Source: Terriglobia bacterium (GTDB lineage: Bacteria > Acidobacteriota > Terriglobia > 20CM-2-55-15). From it: 64,000 nucleotides of DNA. The position numbers and the translations under genes were made by a program. The stretch is from positions 160,001 through 224,000 of the forward strand of contig CBDAOY010000004.1 of NCBI GenBank assembly GCA_965198225.1, written 5' to 3'. Below the pieces are notes generated by a model. The model was given only the letters and a program-made list of their open reading frames with translations. It was not told the DNA's origin and searched no databases. This document shows, piece after piece, positions 52,995 to 62,403 of the stretch; position 1 is the first letter of the stretch, and every line of letters starts with the position of its first letter.

Positions 52995-53205
52995 GCATAG
53001 GTGACCGGCGCCAGGGAAGACAGGGCGATTACCGTGAAGCAGAACCAGACGATTCCGTGCATGAGGCAACCTCTTGAGAAAGGTTTGTTCAGTATAGCTG
53101 TACTGTGTGGGAGAGTGGATGGGGATTTTGACCCTCTAAGGGGTCTGGATTTGCGGGCGAGGGGTGGTCAGAGCCAAGCAGGATCGGAGTCGGTAAAAGT
53201 GGTGC

Positions 53206-53233
53206 TGCCGATAGCACTGTTACAGGCCACTAG
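53206..53233 (-). mobile_element. Lone MITE terminal repeat
   Basis: tgccgatagcactgttacaggccactag, about 25/28 match to the MITE TIR. Confidence 0.65.
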
Positions 53234-53254
53234 TACTCGTCGATTTGCGACCCT

Positions 53255-53992
53255 CTACGTTTGCATGACTCGACGGAACCGCTGCAGCAATAGCCAGATG
53301 AGCGAGCTCTGATACGCCCATCCCGCCAAGAGGAAGACCCAGAATCCCGGTTCTCCTGCTTCCAGCATCCAAAAGACCTTCGCCGGCCAGTAGTGGGGGG
53401 CGATACCGAAAAGCAGTTGCCACTGAGACGGTACGAAGTAAGCGATTATCGGCGGCCAGTTGGCTGCTCCCGACGCCTTCATCAGTGCGAATCCCTGGAC
53501 TTTGTTTGCTGAGAAGGCGGCGAGAAAAAGGGCGAAGAGCGGTGCCAGCGGTGCCGCCGCAAGAGCCGCCAGGAAGAGATCGACGAAGGCCAGTTGCACC
53601 AAGCCCACAACCGGTACGGCAACCAGAGTCATCAGTAAGCCGAGCAGCGTCGGGAGGGTGATGCGATAGGCAAGGTAGCCGGTCAGAGACAGCGGAGTCA
53701 CCTGCAGAGCTGTCAGAGTCTGATCGTCACGCTGGTCGAGCAGCAAGAAACCTACTACGACTCCGGCCATCATCGGCATGACCAGTACGATGAAGCTCAC
53801 CAGTAGCGGATAATAAGGCTCGATATCGAGCTGGAAGCTCTCCAACAGGCGGACCTGCACCGCAGGTGTCCCCCAGCGGCAAAGGAAGGCGATCAGGATC
53901 GGAATGAAGAAGAGCCATCGCAGCATGGAGTCGCGACGGACGCTCTTGAAATCGATGGGTCCGAGCGCTCCGAGGGCCTTCATCGCATTCAT
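53255..53992 (-). CDS. ABC-2 exporter permease (Rv2686c-like)
   Basis: FLLLDQRDDQTLTALQVTPL, ANKVQGFA; six TM. Confidence 0.85.
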   Translation of the reverse strand: MNAMKALGALGPIDFKSVRRDSMLRWLFFIPILIAFLCRWGTPAVQVRLLESFQLDIEPYYPLLVSFIVLVMPMMAGVVVGFLLLDQRDDQTLTALQVTPLSLTGYLAYRITLPTLLGLLMTLVAVPVVGLVQLAFVDLFLAALAAAPLAPLFALFLAAFSANKVQGFALMKASGAANWPPIIAYFVPSQWQLLFGIAPHYWPAKVFWMLEAGEPGFWVFLLAGWAYQSSLIWLLLQRFRRVMQT

Positions 53993-53993
53993 G

Positions 53994-54698
53994 TCAGCGA
54001 GTTCCTTCCTTTCGCGTGATGAAACGATGAAAAGCCTTTCGCGAGAGGACGAACAGCAGTCCGATCCAGGCCGCCGAATAGACGATTCCGTAGCTCCATT
54101 CCCACAGCTCTATGCTGCCGAAGGCAGCTTCGAGTATGACCAGGGGAGCCTGCAAAGGATGCAAGTAGAAGAGCCAACCGGTCCACAGGTCGAAGTAGGG
54201 CAGAAACGGGATGGAAAAGAACGTCGCCCAGAGCATTGAAGGGAAGATGTACTCGTTGATCGAGTCGTAGCGCGCCACCGCCAGGAAACCGCTGAGGGTG
54301 TAGATAGCCGATGCAGCCACAATTCCCAGGATCAGGGTCAAAGGATCGAAGTCCCATCGGATCGCCAGTGCGACGATGAACAGATGCTCGGCGATGGCCA
54401 GGCCTGTCAACGTGAGCAATTTGGATCCGAGGTACTCCCAGATCCTCAAGGGAGTAACCACCTGCGCTTCCAGAGTTCCTTCTCCTTTTTCGAGCAGCAC
54501 CAGACCGGCAATGAACATGAAAGTCCCGATTACCAGGTTTCCCAAGACGATTGCCGGCAAAAAGTAATCCCAGTTCCGCACGTGAATCTGGCTTACGAGG
54601 ATGGCGAACAGGATCAGCATGAAAGCGACCGCCCAGTAAAACCCGTTGCGAGCCTGAAGGCGGACGTCACAGGCGACTGTCGATAGGAGGCGAGTCAT
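53994..54698 (-). CDS. ABC-2 exporter permease (Rv2687c-like)
   Basis: DVRLQARNGFY, LLEKGEGTL..VTPL. Confidence 0.85.
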   Translation of the reverse strand: MTRLLSTVACDVRLQARNGFYWAVAFMLILFAILVSQIHVRNWDYFLPAIVLGNLVIGTFMFIAGLVLLEKGEGTLEAQVVTPLRIWEYLGSKLLTLTGLAIAEHLFIVALAIRWDFDPLTLILGIVAASAIYTLSGFLAVARYDSINEYIFPSMLWATFFSIPFLPYFDLWTGWLFYLHPLQAPLVILEAAFGSIELWEWSYGIVYSAAWIGLLFVLSRKAFHRFITRKEGTR

Positions 54699-55549
54699 AT
54701 CAGCTGCCTCCCCGTCACCTCGATGAAAACGTCCTCCAGCGAAGCTTCAAGAGTGTGAAGAGTCCGGGTTTTCTGAGTCTTCAAGAGTTCCAGAAAGTCG
54801 ACGTTCGACCCGAGATTCTCCAGAGGGAACTCGCGGGCTTGCGTCTGATCATCCGGACCGTACTCGATCCGGATTCGTGCCTGTCCGTAGCGCAGCTTCA
54901 GATCCCTGGGGGACTCGATCAGCTCGATGCGTCCTTCGACGATGAAAGCCAGGCGGTCGCACAATTCGTCGGCTGCCGACATGTCGTGGGTGGTTAGAAA
55001 CACTGTCTTCCCTTGCAGCTTTTGAGCCTGGATAAGATCCTTGATCCGGCGTGCATTAAGCGGGTCGAGGCCGGCAGTGGGCTCGTCCAGGAACAGCAGT
55101 TCCGGATTGTGCAGCAGAGATCTGGAGAAGCTCAACCGGTTCTTCATCCCCTTGGAATACTGAGACACGAGCATATCGCCGTCGCCGCCGAGTCCGACCA
55201 TCTCGAGGAGCTCCCGGGGACTCCGTGTCTCTCGAGAGTAGAGCGATGCAAAGTAAGTCAGATTCTCGATGGCTGTCAGCTTGAGGTAGTGATTTGGATA
55301 CTCGAAGGAGACACCGATGCGTTCGTAATAGTCGGAATCCCGGCCGGCCAGATCCTTGCCAAAGATCGAGGCCGCCCCACTGTACCCTTGCAGGATTCCA
55401 ATGAGGATCTTCTGAGTGGTGGATTTACCAGCGCCGCTTGGGCCCAGGAAACCAAAGATCTCTCCCTGACCAACCTCGAAGGAAAGAGCTTGGATGGCGG
55501 GTTCAGGTGATCCTGAATAGGTGAAGGTCAGATCGCGGATCTGGATCAT
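54695..55549 (-). CDS. ABC exporter ATP-binding subunit (Rv2688c-like)
   Basis: GPSGAGKST, YSKGM, LFLDEPT, TTH. Confidence 0.92.
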   Translation of the reverse strand: MIQIRDLTFTYSGSPEPAIQALSFEVGQGEIFGFLGPSGAGKSTTQKILIGILQGYSGAASIFGKDLAGRDSDYYERIGVSFEYPNHYLKLTAIENLTYFASLYSRETRSPRELLEMVGLGGDGDMLVSQYSKGMKNRLSFSRSLLHNPELLFLDEPTAGLDPLNARRIKDLIQAQKLQGKTVFLTTHDMSAADELCDRLAFIVEGRIELIESPRDLKLRYGQARIRIEYGPDDQTQAREFPLENLGSNVDFLELLKTQKTRTLHTLEASLEDVFIEVTGRQLI

Positions 55550-57781
55550 TCAACGGTTCGTGGACTGGACCGCGTCCGGGAGCTTGATCGGCTGGACCAG
55601 CGCACCATTGCCGGCGGAGTCCCAGACGGCAAATCGCACCCACTTCTTTCCGGTGACGTCGATCGGGATCTCGAAGCGTTGGCGACCGAACGGGGGCAGG
55701 TCCGTTGCGGGGATAATCTGCCGATCTGTTTTCTGCCCGTCGCCCCAGACCACTTCGACGAACTCCAGCGGGAAGGTCCACTCCACCTCGGCAACGACCG
55801 TCCGGTCCCTACCGGCTCCTTCGACCGCATAGGAGGGAATCAACACCTCACCCGACGTGACAAAATAGTCTCCGCGCTTGATCGCGTTGATCACCGGACT
55901 CATGTCGTCCGGGGTCGGCAACGTATCGACTCTGATGTAGTTGACCGGGTTATTGGCGTAGATGTCGTCGCCCGGTTGTTTCGCATAGGTCTCGGTGATG
56001 GCGAGGATGTATTTGGGCGGTGTCGGCTGGTCCGCCACCCAGTTGTTCATGTCATCGAAGAGGGGCATGACGCGAAAGTCCGATAAGCGCCGCTCCGACA
56101 GATCCAGTCCCATACCCCATCGCCAACCCACGCCGCGATAGTGCTCGTCCCGGAAATGTGGAGTGTCCTTGACGGCGTCCGGGTACCCGGTCGATCCCTT
56201 CGTGCGCGGGTGCGGCATGAAGATCAGCGCGTTCTCACGCCGCGCCATCTCCATCACGTCTTCGGCGCTCCCGACGCGGTAGAGGCGGCCGAAGGTGGGG
56301 TCCTCTTCGACGAACGGCTGTCCAGCAGCGCGCTCGGTCGTCCAGAAGACGGGATGCGAGAACAGGATGTCCCAATGTCCGCCCAGATACGCCGTCATTT
56401 CCTCGTTCGGCATGATCAGGAAATTCGTGTCGGAATGTCTGCGGACGGCTTCGAAGTAGTCCGCCATCACCTCCAGCCGATCCGGACCTCTTTCTCGATC
56501 GGTCGGGCCGACGATGTCCATACCGGCCGCCTTGAGGGCGTCCAGGTCGGGCAGCTTCGTGTCCAGGCTGCCGGACGCCCGCAATCGGTCGGCCACGTTC
56601 ATGTGGAAGTGGCCGCCCATGACCTGGTATCCGTCAAGGGGCTTGAAGTGATCCCCGTGCGTGAAGGCCAGTGCCGACTCCAGTGCAGTCGAGGCCGGCC
56701 CGGGGTTCACGTAGAAATACGCCGCCATCCGCTGCCACGTACCCGGCGGTGCGCTGTAGAGCGAGAAATTGGCCTGATAGCGTGGGTTTTCCTCGCCCTC
56801 GCCCTGACGGATGCCGAAGGAGAACGACGCCTCATCGTCCTTGCGGTACCAGGCGTACCCGAGGTTGGTTTCCACTTCCCGGGTCCAGAAGAAGGTGTGT
56901 GGAGGCGGGAACGCCGCGATCGAGCCGGCCTCGCTCTCGGCTACGATCACGCGGTTGCTGACTTTCAGCGGCACCTCACCTTTGTTCGGGGTTCCGCCAA
57001 ACCAGTAGTCTTGCTGGAGGTTCGACAGATCGCGCCAGACCACGCGCGTGTCGTCCCCGGTCGGCAGGCCCTTTAGCCCCGCGTGGTACTTGTACGCAAC
57101 GGAAGGCTCCTGGGTTCTGGCGATGGCTTCCGCGCGGATCAGGTTGGTGCCTCTGTAAACGGTGAACTGGAGACGCCCTGAGAAGACGCCGACTTCCATA
57201 CCGGGAAACGACACCTCCAGACGCGCGCCGTTCGTTTTCACATCGCAGCGTTCGGCTTGATAGGTGGCCGTTGTGCGGCGGACTTCATCCAGCCTGCGGG
57301 GCAGCCCGGGCTGGTGGGCCACACCCTCCGGGGGAGGCGGGTTACCGATACGTCCCTCGCCCTGGTCCAGATCCAGCGGCGCGTCCCAGAAGGCGTCCCA
57401 TTTCTTTTCGTCGATGATCTCGGGCGTGAGTTCGACACCCAGTGCTCTGAGCGGGTTCAGCTGCTGGTTCGTGATGCGCCGGAACCCGGAAACGACATGA
57501 AACTCCGGGGTCACATTGCTGACGACGGAAACCCATCCTGCCGCCCCGTCGGGTCGGATCGCGATATCGTTGATCGTCGGCTTGCCTCCGCGGATCCCCA
57601 GCCGCAGCCGCACTTCCTGGTCGTCGGCCCCGTCCCAGGTCAATTCGAGTGTGTCGCCGGAGAGGGCGGCCGTCAGGCCCGCAACGTTCTCGTACTCCTG
57701 CAGGCCACAATCCAGGCTCTGGCCGTAGGTCACCGGGCCAAACATCAGTAGAGCGCTGAGCAGTGCGACGGGGAATTTCAT
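55550..57781 (-). CDS. Secreted hypothetical protein with probable PHP-like metallohydrolase C-terminus
   Basis: Signal peptide; HFH, NEE, GGHW, MPHPR, YFVTSG pattern. Confidence 0.65.
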   Translation of the reverse strand: MKFPVALLSALLMFGPVTYGQSLDCGLQEYENVAGLTAALSGDTLELTWDGADDQEVRLRLGIRGGKPTINDIAIRPDGAAGWVSVVSNVTPEFHVVSGFRRITNQQLNPLRALGVELTPEIIDEKKWDAFWDAPLDLDQGEGRIGNPPPPEGVAHQPGLPRRLDEVRRTTATYQAERCDVKTNGARLEVSFPGMEVGVFSGRLQFTVYRGTNLIRAEAIARTQEPSVAYKYHAGLKGLPTGDDTRVVWRDLSNLQQDYWFGGTPNKGEVPLKVSNRVIVAESEAGSIAAFPPPHTFFWTREVETNLGYAWYRKDDEASFSFGIRQGEGEENPRYQANFSLYSAPPGTWQRMAAYFYVNPGPASTALESALAFTHGDHFKPLDGYQVMGGHFHMNVADRLRASGSLDTKLPDLDALKAAGMDIVGPTDRERGPDRLEVMADYFEAVRRHSDTNFLIMPNEEMTAYLGGHWDILFSHPVFWTTERAAGQPFVEEDPTFGRLYRVGSAEDVMEMARRENALIFMPHPRTKGSTGYPDAVKDTPHFRDEHYRGVGWRWGMGLDLSERRLSDFRVMPLFDDMNNWVADQPTPPKYILAITETYAKQPGDDIYANNPVNYIRVDTLPTPDDMSPVINAIKRGDYFVTSGEVLIPSYAVEGAGRDRTVVAEVEWTFPLEFVEVVWGDGQKTDRQIIPATDLPPFGRQRFEIPIDVTGKKWVRFAVWDSAGNGALVQPIKLPDAVQSTNR

Positions 57782-57993
57782 TGTCCTTGCCTCCTTAGTC
57801 TAATTACCACATCACCTTCACGCGAGAAACTACAAACGCTGTCCGATATAATCGGGATCGTGTCGGGTTCTACCGATCCCGGTTGCAGATGCCGAGCGGA
57901 GCCCGAACGCCGTTTGCAAGTAGCTTTTCGAGCCCCCGGTACGATCCCATGTCAACTCAGCCGCCGTGTGTTACAGGCGGAAGAAAGGAAGAC

Positions 57994-58767
57994 ATGAATT
58001 CTAGAAGATGGACTCAGGTTTTAGCCGTCGTTCTGGTCCTGGCGTTCTTCGGCTGCGGCAACCGTACGGGTTCCAACGAAGACGCCGGTGATGGAGCTTC
58101 GGAACCGGCTGCTTCCGAGGACGCTTCAACGAACTCGACGGTTTCGGACGCTTCGGTGAGTTACCAGGGTATCGACGTGTCCCATGACCAGGGCGATGTC
58201 GATTGGGCTGCCGTGAAGGCCGGCGGCATCACGTTCGTATTCGCCAAAGCCACGCAGGGACACACTGAGGTCGATCCGAAATTCACCGAGAACTGGACAG
58301 GACTCAAGAACGCGGAACTCGTCCGCGGGGCCTACCACTTCTTCGATCCCGACGTCGACGCCGAGGCCCAGGCCGAACATTTCATCGCCACGGTACAACT
58401 CGAGCAGGGTGATCTGCCTCCCGTTCTCGACATCGAAGTCACACAGGGAGTGTCCCGAGAAGGTATCGACGACGACATCAAGGTTTGGTTGGAGAAGGTG
58501 GCCGAAGCCTACGGGATCACCCCCATCCTCTACTCTGATCGGTCGTTTATCGAGGAAACCCTCGCCAGCGGGTTCAGCAAATATCCCCTTTGGATCGCGG
58601 AATATTCCCAATCGGCTCCAGCCGCGCCCGGGGACTGGGATGCCTGGACCTTCTGGCAGCATTCCGAGAGCGGTCAGGTTGCGGGCGTCGATGGTGCGGT
58701 CGACCAGGACATCTTCCGGGGCTCCCCGGCAACCTGGAAGCAACTGATGGTACCGGTGACGCAATAA
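57994..58767 (+). CDS. GH25 lysozyme/muramidase, probable lipoprotein
   Basis: GIDVSH, KATQG, GAYHF, PVLDIE, LWIAEY, WTFWQ, VDQD; Cys after a hydrophobic leader. Confidence 0.9.
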   Translation: MNSRRWTQVLAVVLVLAFFGCGNRTGSNEDAGDGASEPAASEDASTNSTVSDASVSYQGIDVSHDQGDVDWAAVKAGGITFVFAKATQGHTEVDPKFTENWTGLKNAELVRGAYHFFDPDVDAEAQAEHFIATVQLEQGDLPPVLDIEVTQGVSREGIDDDIKVWLEKVAEAYGITPILYSDRSFIEETLASGFSKYPLWIAEYSQSAPAAPGDWDAWTFWQHSESGQVAGVDGAVDQDIFRGSPATWKQLMVPVTQ

Positions 58768-58982
58768 CGGACCGCAAGTTTCATCGTTCGAACTAAAGCT
58801 GCCACGAGGTGGCCGCTCTCGCCTGTTCGCGAGGAGTGCCATATCGCGGAGGTTAGTCCGCAGAAGCGGGCTCCTAGCGGCCTCGACGTGAACGACAGTG
58901 GTTCCCCCGGCTTGTCCGAGAACGAAACCGCAACCAGCCACAGGAGGTACGCGCCGGGGGGGAAACCCACGACCCCTATCCG

Positions 58983-59080
58983 ATTGAACCCCCTGCCATG
59001 GCGGTTTGCGATTCCCGAAATTCCGGAACCAAAAAAAAAGCACAAGATGTCGTGGAACGGCCGCCTGAATCGCAGGTCTT
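58983..59080 (+). repeat. Decayed duplicate of the promoter and first 11 codons of the PatB-like gene
   Basis: Aligns with 60983..61079; both encode MSWNGRLNRRS. Confidence 0.85.
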
Positions 59081-59202
59081 ACCATGGCCGCCAAGACGAC
59101 CCGTGTTGTGCAGAAACCAGGGACTCTCGAGTTCGACTTCGACGAACAAAGTGCCGCTGGCTCGAATTAGGATGACCGACAGTCAGCCATTATACTGGTG
59201 CA

Positions 59203-60819
59203 GTGAAGATGACCTGCATTGCTGCCGTGGTGGCCGTCACAGCACTCAGTCTGGCCGGTGCCGAGCCGGCGCCTCCGGCCGAGCAAAACACTGCGCGTGC
59301 GCGCAACGTGATCGTGATGGTCGCGGACGGAGCGGGCTTCAACACGTGGACGGCCGCCTCGATGTGGGAGGGCACGCTCGGCCGTGAGTTCTACGACACC
59401 GACGAATGGACGCCGCTGGCCGTCACTGTCGACTCATTGCGGACCGGTGCGGCGGCCGGGGTCGGCCCGGAGTTCGCGAACACGCAGTTTCCGAACCGCG
59501 TCTACGACCCCGTGCGAGCGTGGGACAGCATGCCGGTGCCCGGCGGCCAGGGCGGACTACGGTTCGAGGGGTACCGGTGGCTGCGCGGTACGGCCCCCGA
59601 TTCCGCCTCGACGGCCTCGGCGATCGCCAGCGGAACCAGGTCGTACGACGGCTCGATCAACGTCGACGGGGCTTGGCAGCCGGTCGAGCGCACGCTCGCA
59701 CGTCTCGCCCACGACTCGGGCCGCCGCGTCGGAATCGTCTCGAGCGTGCCGTTCACCCACGCGACACCTGCGGCTTTGGGCGGGGCGCACAACACGAGCA
59801 GGAACAACTACTGCGAGATCGCGGTCGAGCTTCTGACCTCGGGATTGGTGGACGTCATCGCCGGGGTCGGGCACCCCGATTTTGACAACAACGGCGACGA
59901 GATTGCGGAGGCCGGACGCAAGGACTATCGCTACATTGGCGACAGTCTTGTCTGGGACGCGCTGACCGGTGCCGAAGCCGTCGCGGCCGGAGCAACACTC
60001 TGCGGCCCGATCGAAGCGGGGCCCGGCGTCCCGGTCGAAGACCAGGCAAATCCCGGCACCCCCCAGCCCGGCATCCGGCTCACCGCAGTTCAGGCCGACC
60101 GGCTGAACGGTTGGCCGCTCAAACAGACCCGTGCCGAAATCGAAGCTCTCCGTCACGGAGAGACCCCCGATCGAATGCTGTTAGTGCCGCAGGTCGGCTC
60201 GACCGGGTTCTGGCCGGGTTGGTCTGCGCAGCCCGCCCCGTACCCGGCCCGCATCGGCCCGACCCTCCACAAGGATCGTGGCTCCCGGGCCAACCCCAGG
60301 TTCACTCCGCCCGGCTACGATCCGCCAAACCCCGGTGTGCCGACACTCGAGACGCTGACCCGCGTGGCCCTCAACGCTCTCGACGACGATGAGGACGGCT
60401 TCTTGTTACACGTCGAGGGCGGCGCGGTCGATTGGGCGATGCACGACAACGAGGCCGGCCGCATGATCGAGGAGCTGATGGATTTCAAGGCGTCGATCCG
60501 GGCGGTAGTCGAGTGGGTCGATGCGCGGGAGGCCTGGGACGAGACGCTGCTTGTCGTCACCGCGGACCACGACCACATGCTGTGGGGGCCGCTGGCCGAT
60601 CGCGTGGCGTTTCACCCGCTGCAAGACCGTGGCGCGGGCAAGATGCCCGGCTACAGGTGGCTCGGCACGGCGCATTCGAACGCGTTGGTTCGACTTTTCG
60701 CCCGGGGAGTTGGCGTTGCGGGTCTCGTGGAGGCCGCGGACCGCGATGAACCGTTCCGTGGACCCTACCTTCACCAGGCGGACATCTTCGAGGTGCTCGC
60801 CGGGGCGCTGGAACCCTGA
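59203..60819 (+). CDS. Alkaline phosphatase (PhoA family)
   Basis: NVIVMVADG, PDSAS, HATPA, VEGGAVDWAMH, VTADH; signal peptide. Confidence 0.88.
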   Translation: MKMTCIAAVVAVTALSLAGAEPAPPAEQNTARARNVIVMVADGAGFNTWTAASMWEGTLGREFYDTDEWTPLAVTVDSLRTGAAAGVGPEFANTQFPNRVYDPVRAWDSMPVPGGQGGLRFEGYRWLRGTAPDSASTASAIASGTRSYDGSINVDGAWQPVERTLARLAHDSGRRVGIVSSVPFTHATPAALGGAHNTSRNNYCEIAVELLTSGLVDVIAGVGHPDFDNNGDEIAEAGRKDYRYIGDSLVWDALTGAEAVAAGATLCGPIEAGPGVPVEDQANPGTPQPGIRLTAVQADRLNGWPLKQTRAEIEALRHGETPDRMLLVPQVGSTGFWPGWSAQPAPYPARIGPTLHKDRGSRANPRFTPPGYDPPNPGVPTLETLTRVALNALDDDEDGFLLHVEGGAVDWAMHDNEAGRMIEELMDFKASIRAVVEWVDAREAWDETLLVVTADHDHMLWGPLADRVAFHPLQDRGAGKMPGYRWLGTAHSNALVRLFARGVGVAGLVEAADRDEPFRGPYLHQADIFEVLAGALEP

Positions 60820-60983
60820 GGCGCCCGCCGGATTCAGAACTGGCCGGGTGCGCTGCAGTAGCCTGACCTTCTCCAACCGGAAACGCTCAACCGTTGGATT
60901 TCGCTCGATTTGGTCTGAGAACCAAGCCGGACCAGCTTCCAGGTCGTGCACGCTACGCCGAACGTGAGGACCCCCGTCTCCAA

Positions 60984-61012
60984 TTGAACCCCCTGTCACG
61001 GCGGTATACAAT
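60984..61012 (+). promoter_or_regulatory. Putative sigma70 promoter
   Basis: TTGAAC-N17-TACAAT, then aaggag SD and ATG at 61046. Confidence 0.65.
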
Positions 61013-61045
61013 TCCCGAAATTCCGGAACCAACAAGGAGAACAAG

Positions 61046-62398
61046 ATGTCTTGGAACGGCCGCTTGAATCGCAGGTCTTTCTTGAAGAGCGCCGGAGTGA
61101 CGGCATTGGCGGGCACGGTTGGAGCAGGTACCTCCATGTCCGCAATTCCGACCCGTATCGCGCAGAAGCCAACGGAGTCCGGGTACGACTTCGACGAAGT
61201 CTACAGCCGTATCGGTACCGACTGCACGAAGTGGGACCGACAGATCGAGAGGTTCGACGTAGACATCCAGGTGGGCATGGGCGTCGCGGACATGGATTTC
61301 AGGGCGGCACCCTGTATAACCCAAGCGCTGGCGGAGCGTTGCGGGCACGAAAACTGGGGCTACCTGAGTTCGTCGGCCAGGGCTTCCTACATCGAAGCCA
61401 TCGTCAAATGGAACAAGCGGCGCTACGGTCTCGACATCGACCCAGAGACCCTCGTGCTGTCCAACGGCGTGCACCCCGCCCTCATCGCCGCGCTGCAAGC
61501 GTTTTCGCCTCCAGGCAGCAAGGTCCTCATGACGACGCCCATCTACAACGGATTCTACAGCGACCTCCGTTACTGCAACCTGGAGCCGGAGGACTCTCCG
61601 ATGACCTGGGCCGACGGCCGGTACTCGATCGATTTCGACGATCTGGAGTCGCGTTTCAGTGACGAGACCAAAACCTTCATTCTGTGCAATCCACAGAATC
61701 CGACGGGTAACTGCTGGTCGGCCGAGGACATGATGACGCTGGGCGAGATGTGCCTGCGCCACGGGGTGGTCGTGCTTTCCGACGAGATTCACTGCGACTT
61801 CGTCACGAAGGGGCAGCGCTACATTCCGTTCGCCAGCCTCCCGAACAAAGATGTCGTCAACAACAGCCTCACGTTCAAGGCGGCGAGCAAGTCCTTCAGC
61901 ATCTCGTCCATGAAGAGTGCGTGGTTCTTCTCCACTAATCCGGACTACCTGGCACGGGTGAGAGCCAACAACAGGACGGATCTGACGACCCTGGGCATGG
62001 TGGCCAACCAGGCTGCGCTGAACGAAGGCGAGGACTGGCTCGATCAGTTGTTGATCTACATCGACGGCAACCATGACTTCGTCGAAGCCTACGTGAAGGA
62101 CAGAATGCCGCTCGTCCGATACACGAAGGCCCAGGGCACGTTCCTGGCCTGGCTGGACGTCAGCCAGGTCGTAGACAAGATCGGTGCGAACCGTACCGCC
62201 GCGGCAACCAGCACTTCACGCAGACAGGTCACCCCCGAGGCAATCGTCGAGCGTTGGTTCGTCGACAACGCAAAGGTGCACATGAACCCCGGCTCATCGT
62301 ACCGGGGCGCCGGCCACATGCGGATGAACCTGGGGGCGAGCCGAAAGCTCGTCGAGCTGGCGCTCGACAACATGGCGACCGCCCTCGAAAAAGCGTAG
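61046..62398 (+). CDS. MalY/PatB-family PLP enzyme with Tat signal
   Basis: NRRSFLK; GVADMDF, LCNPQNPTG, SDEIH, ASKSF, MRMN. Confidence 0.88.
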   Translation: MSWNGRLNRRSFLKSAGVTALAGTVGAGTSMSAIPTRIAQKPTESGYDFDEVYSRIGTDCTKWDRQIERFDVDIQVGMGVADMDFRAAPCITQALAERCGHENWGYLSSSARASYIEAIVKWNKRRYGLDIDPETLVLSNGVHPALIAALQAFSPPGSKVLMTTPIYNGFYSDLRYCNLEPEDSPMTWADGRYSIDFDDLESRFSDETKTFILCNPQNPTGNCWSAEDMMTLGEMCLRHGVVVLSDEIHCDFVTKGQRYIPFASLPNKDVVNNSLTFKAASKSFSISSMKSAWFFSTNPDYLARVRANNRTDLTTLGMVANQAALNEGEDWLDQLLIYIDGNHDFVEAYVKDRMPLVRYTKAQGTFLAWLDVSQVVDKIGANRTAAATSTSRRQVTPEAIVERWFVDNAKVHMNPGSSYRGAGHMRMNLGASRKLVELALDNMATALEKA

Positions 62399-62403
62399 CC
62401 GAA

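Larger units (their letters stand above)
50823..53062 (-). pseudogene. Secreted hypothetical protein (~202 aa) split by IS256
   Basis: Removing the IS and one duplication copy joins MHGIVWFCFTVIALSSLAPVTYA to QDPELPENERPEW..., in frame with ORF 50823..51173. Confidence 0.8.
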
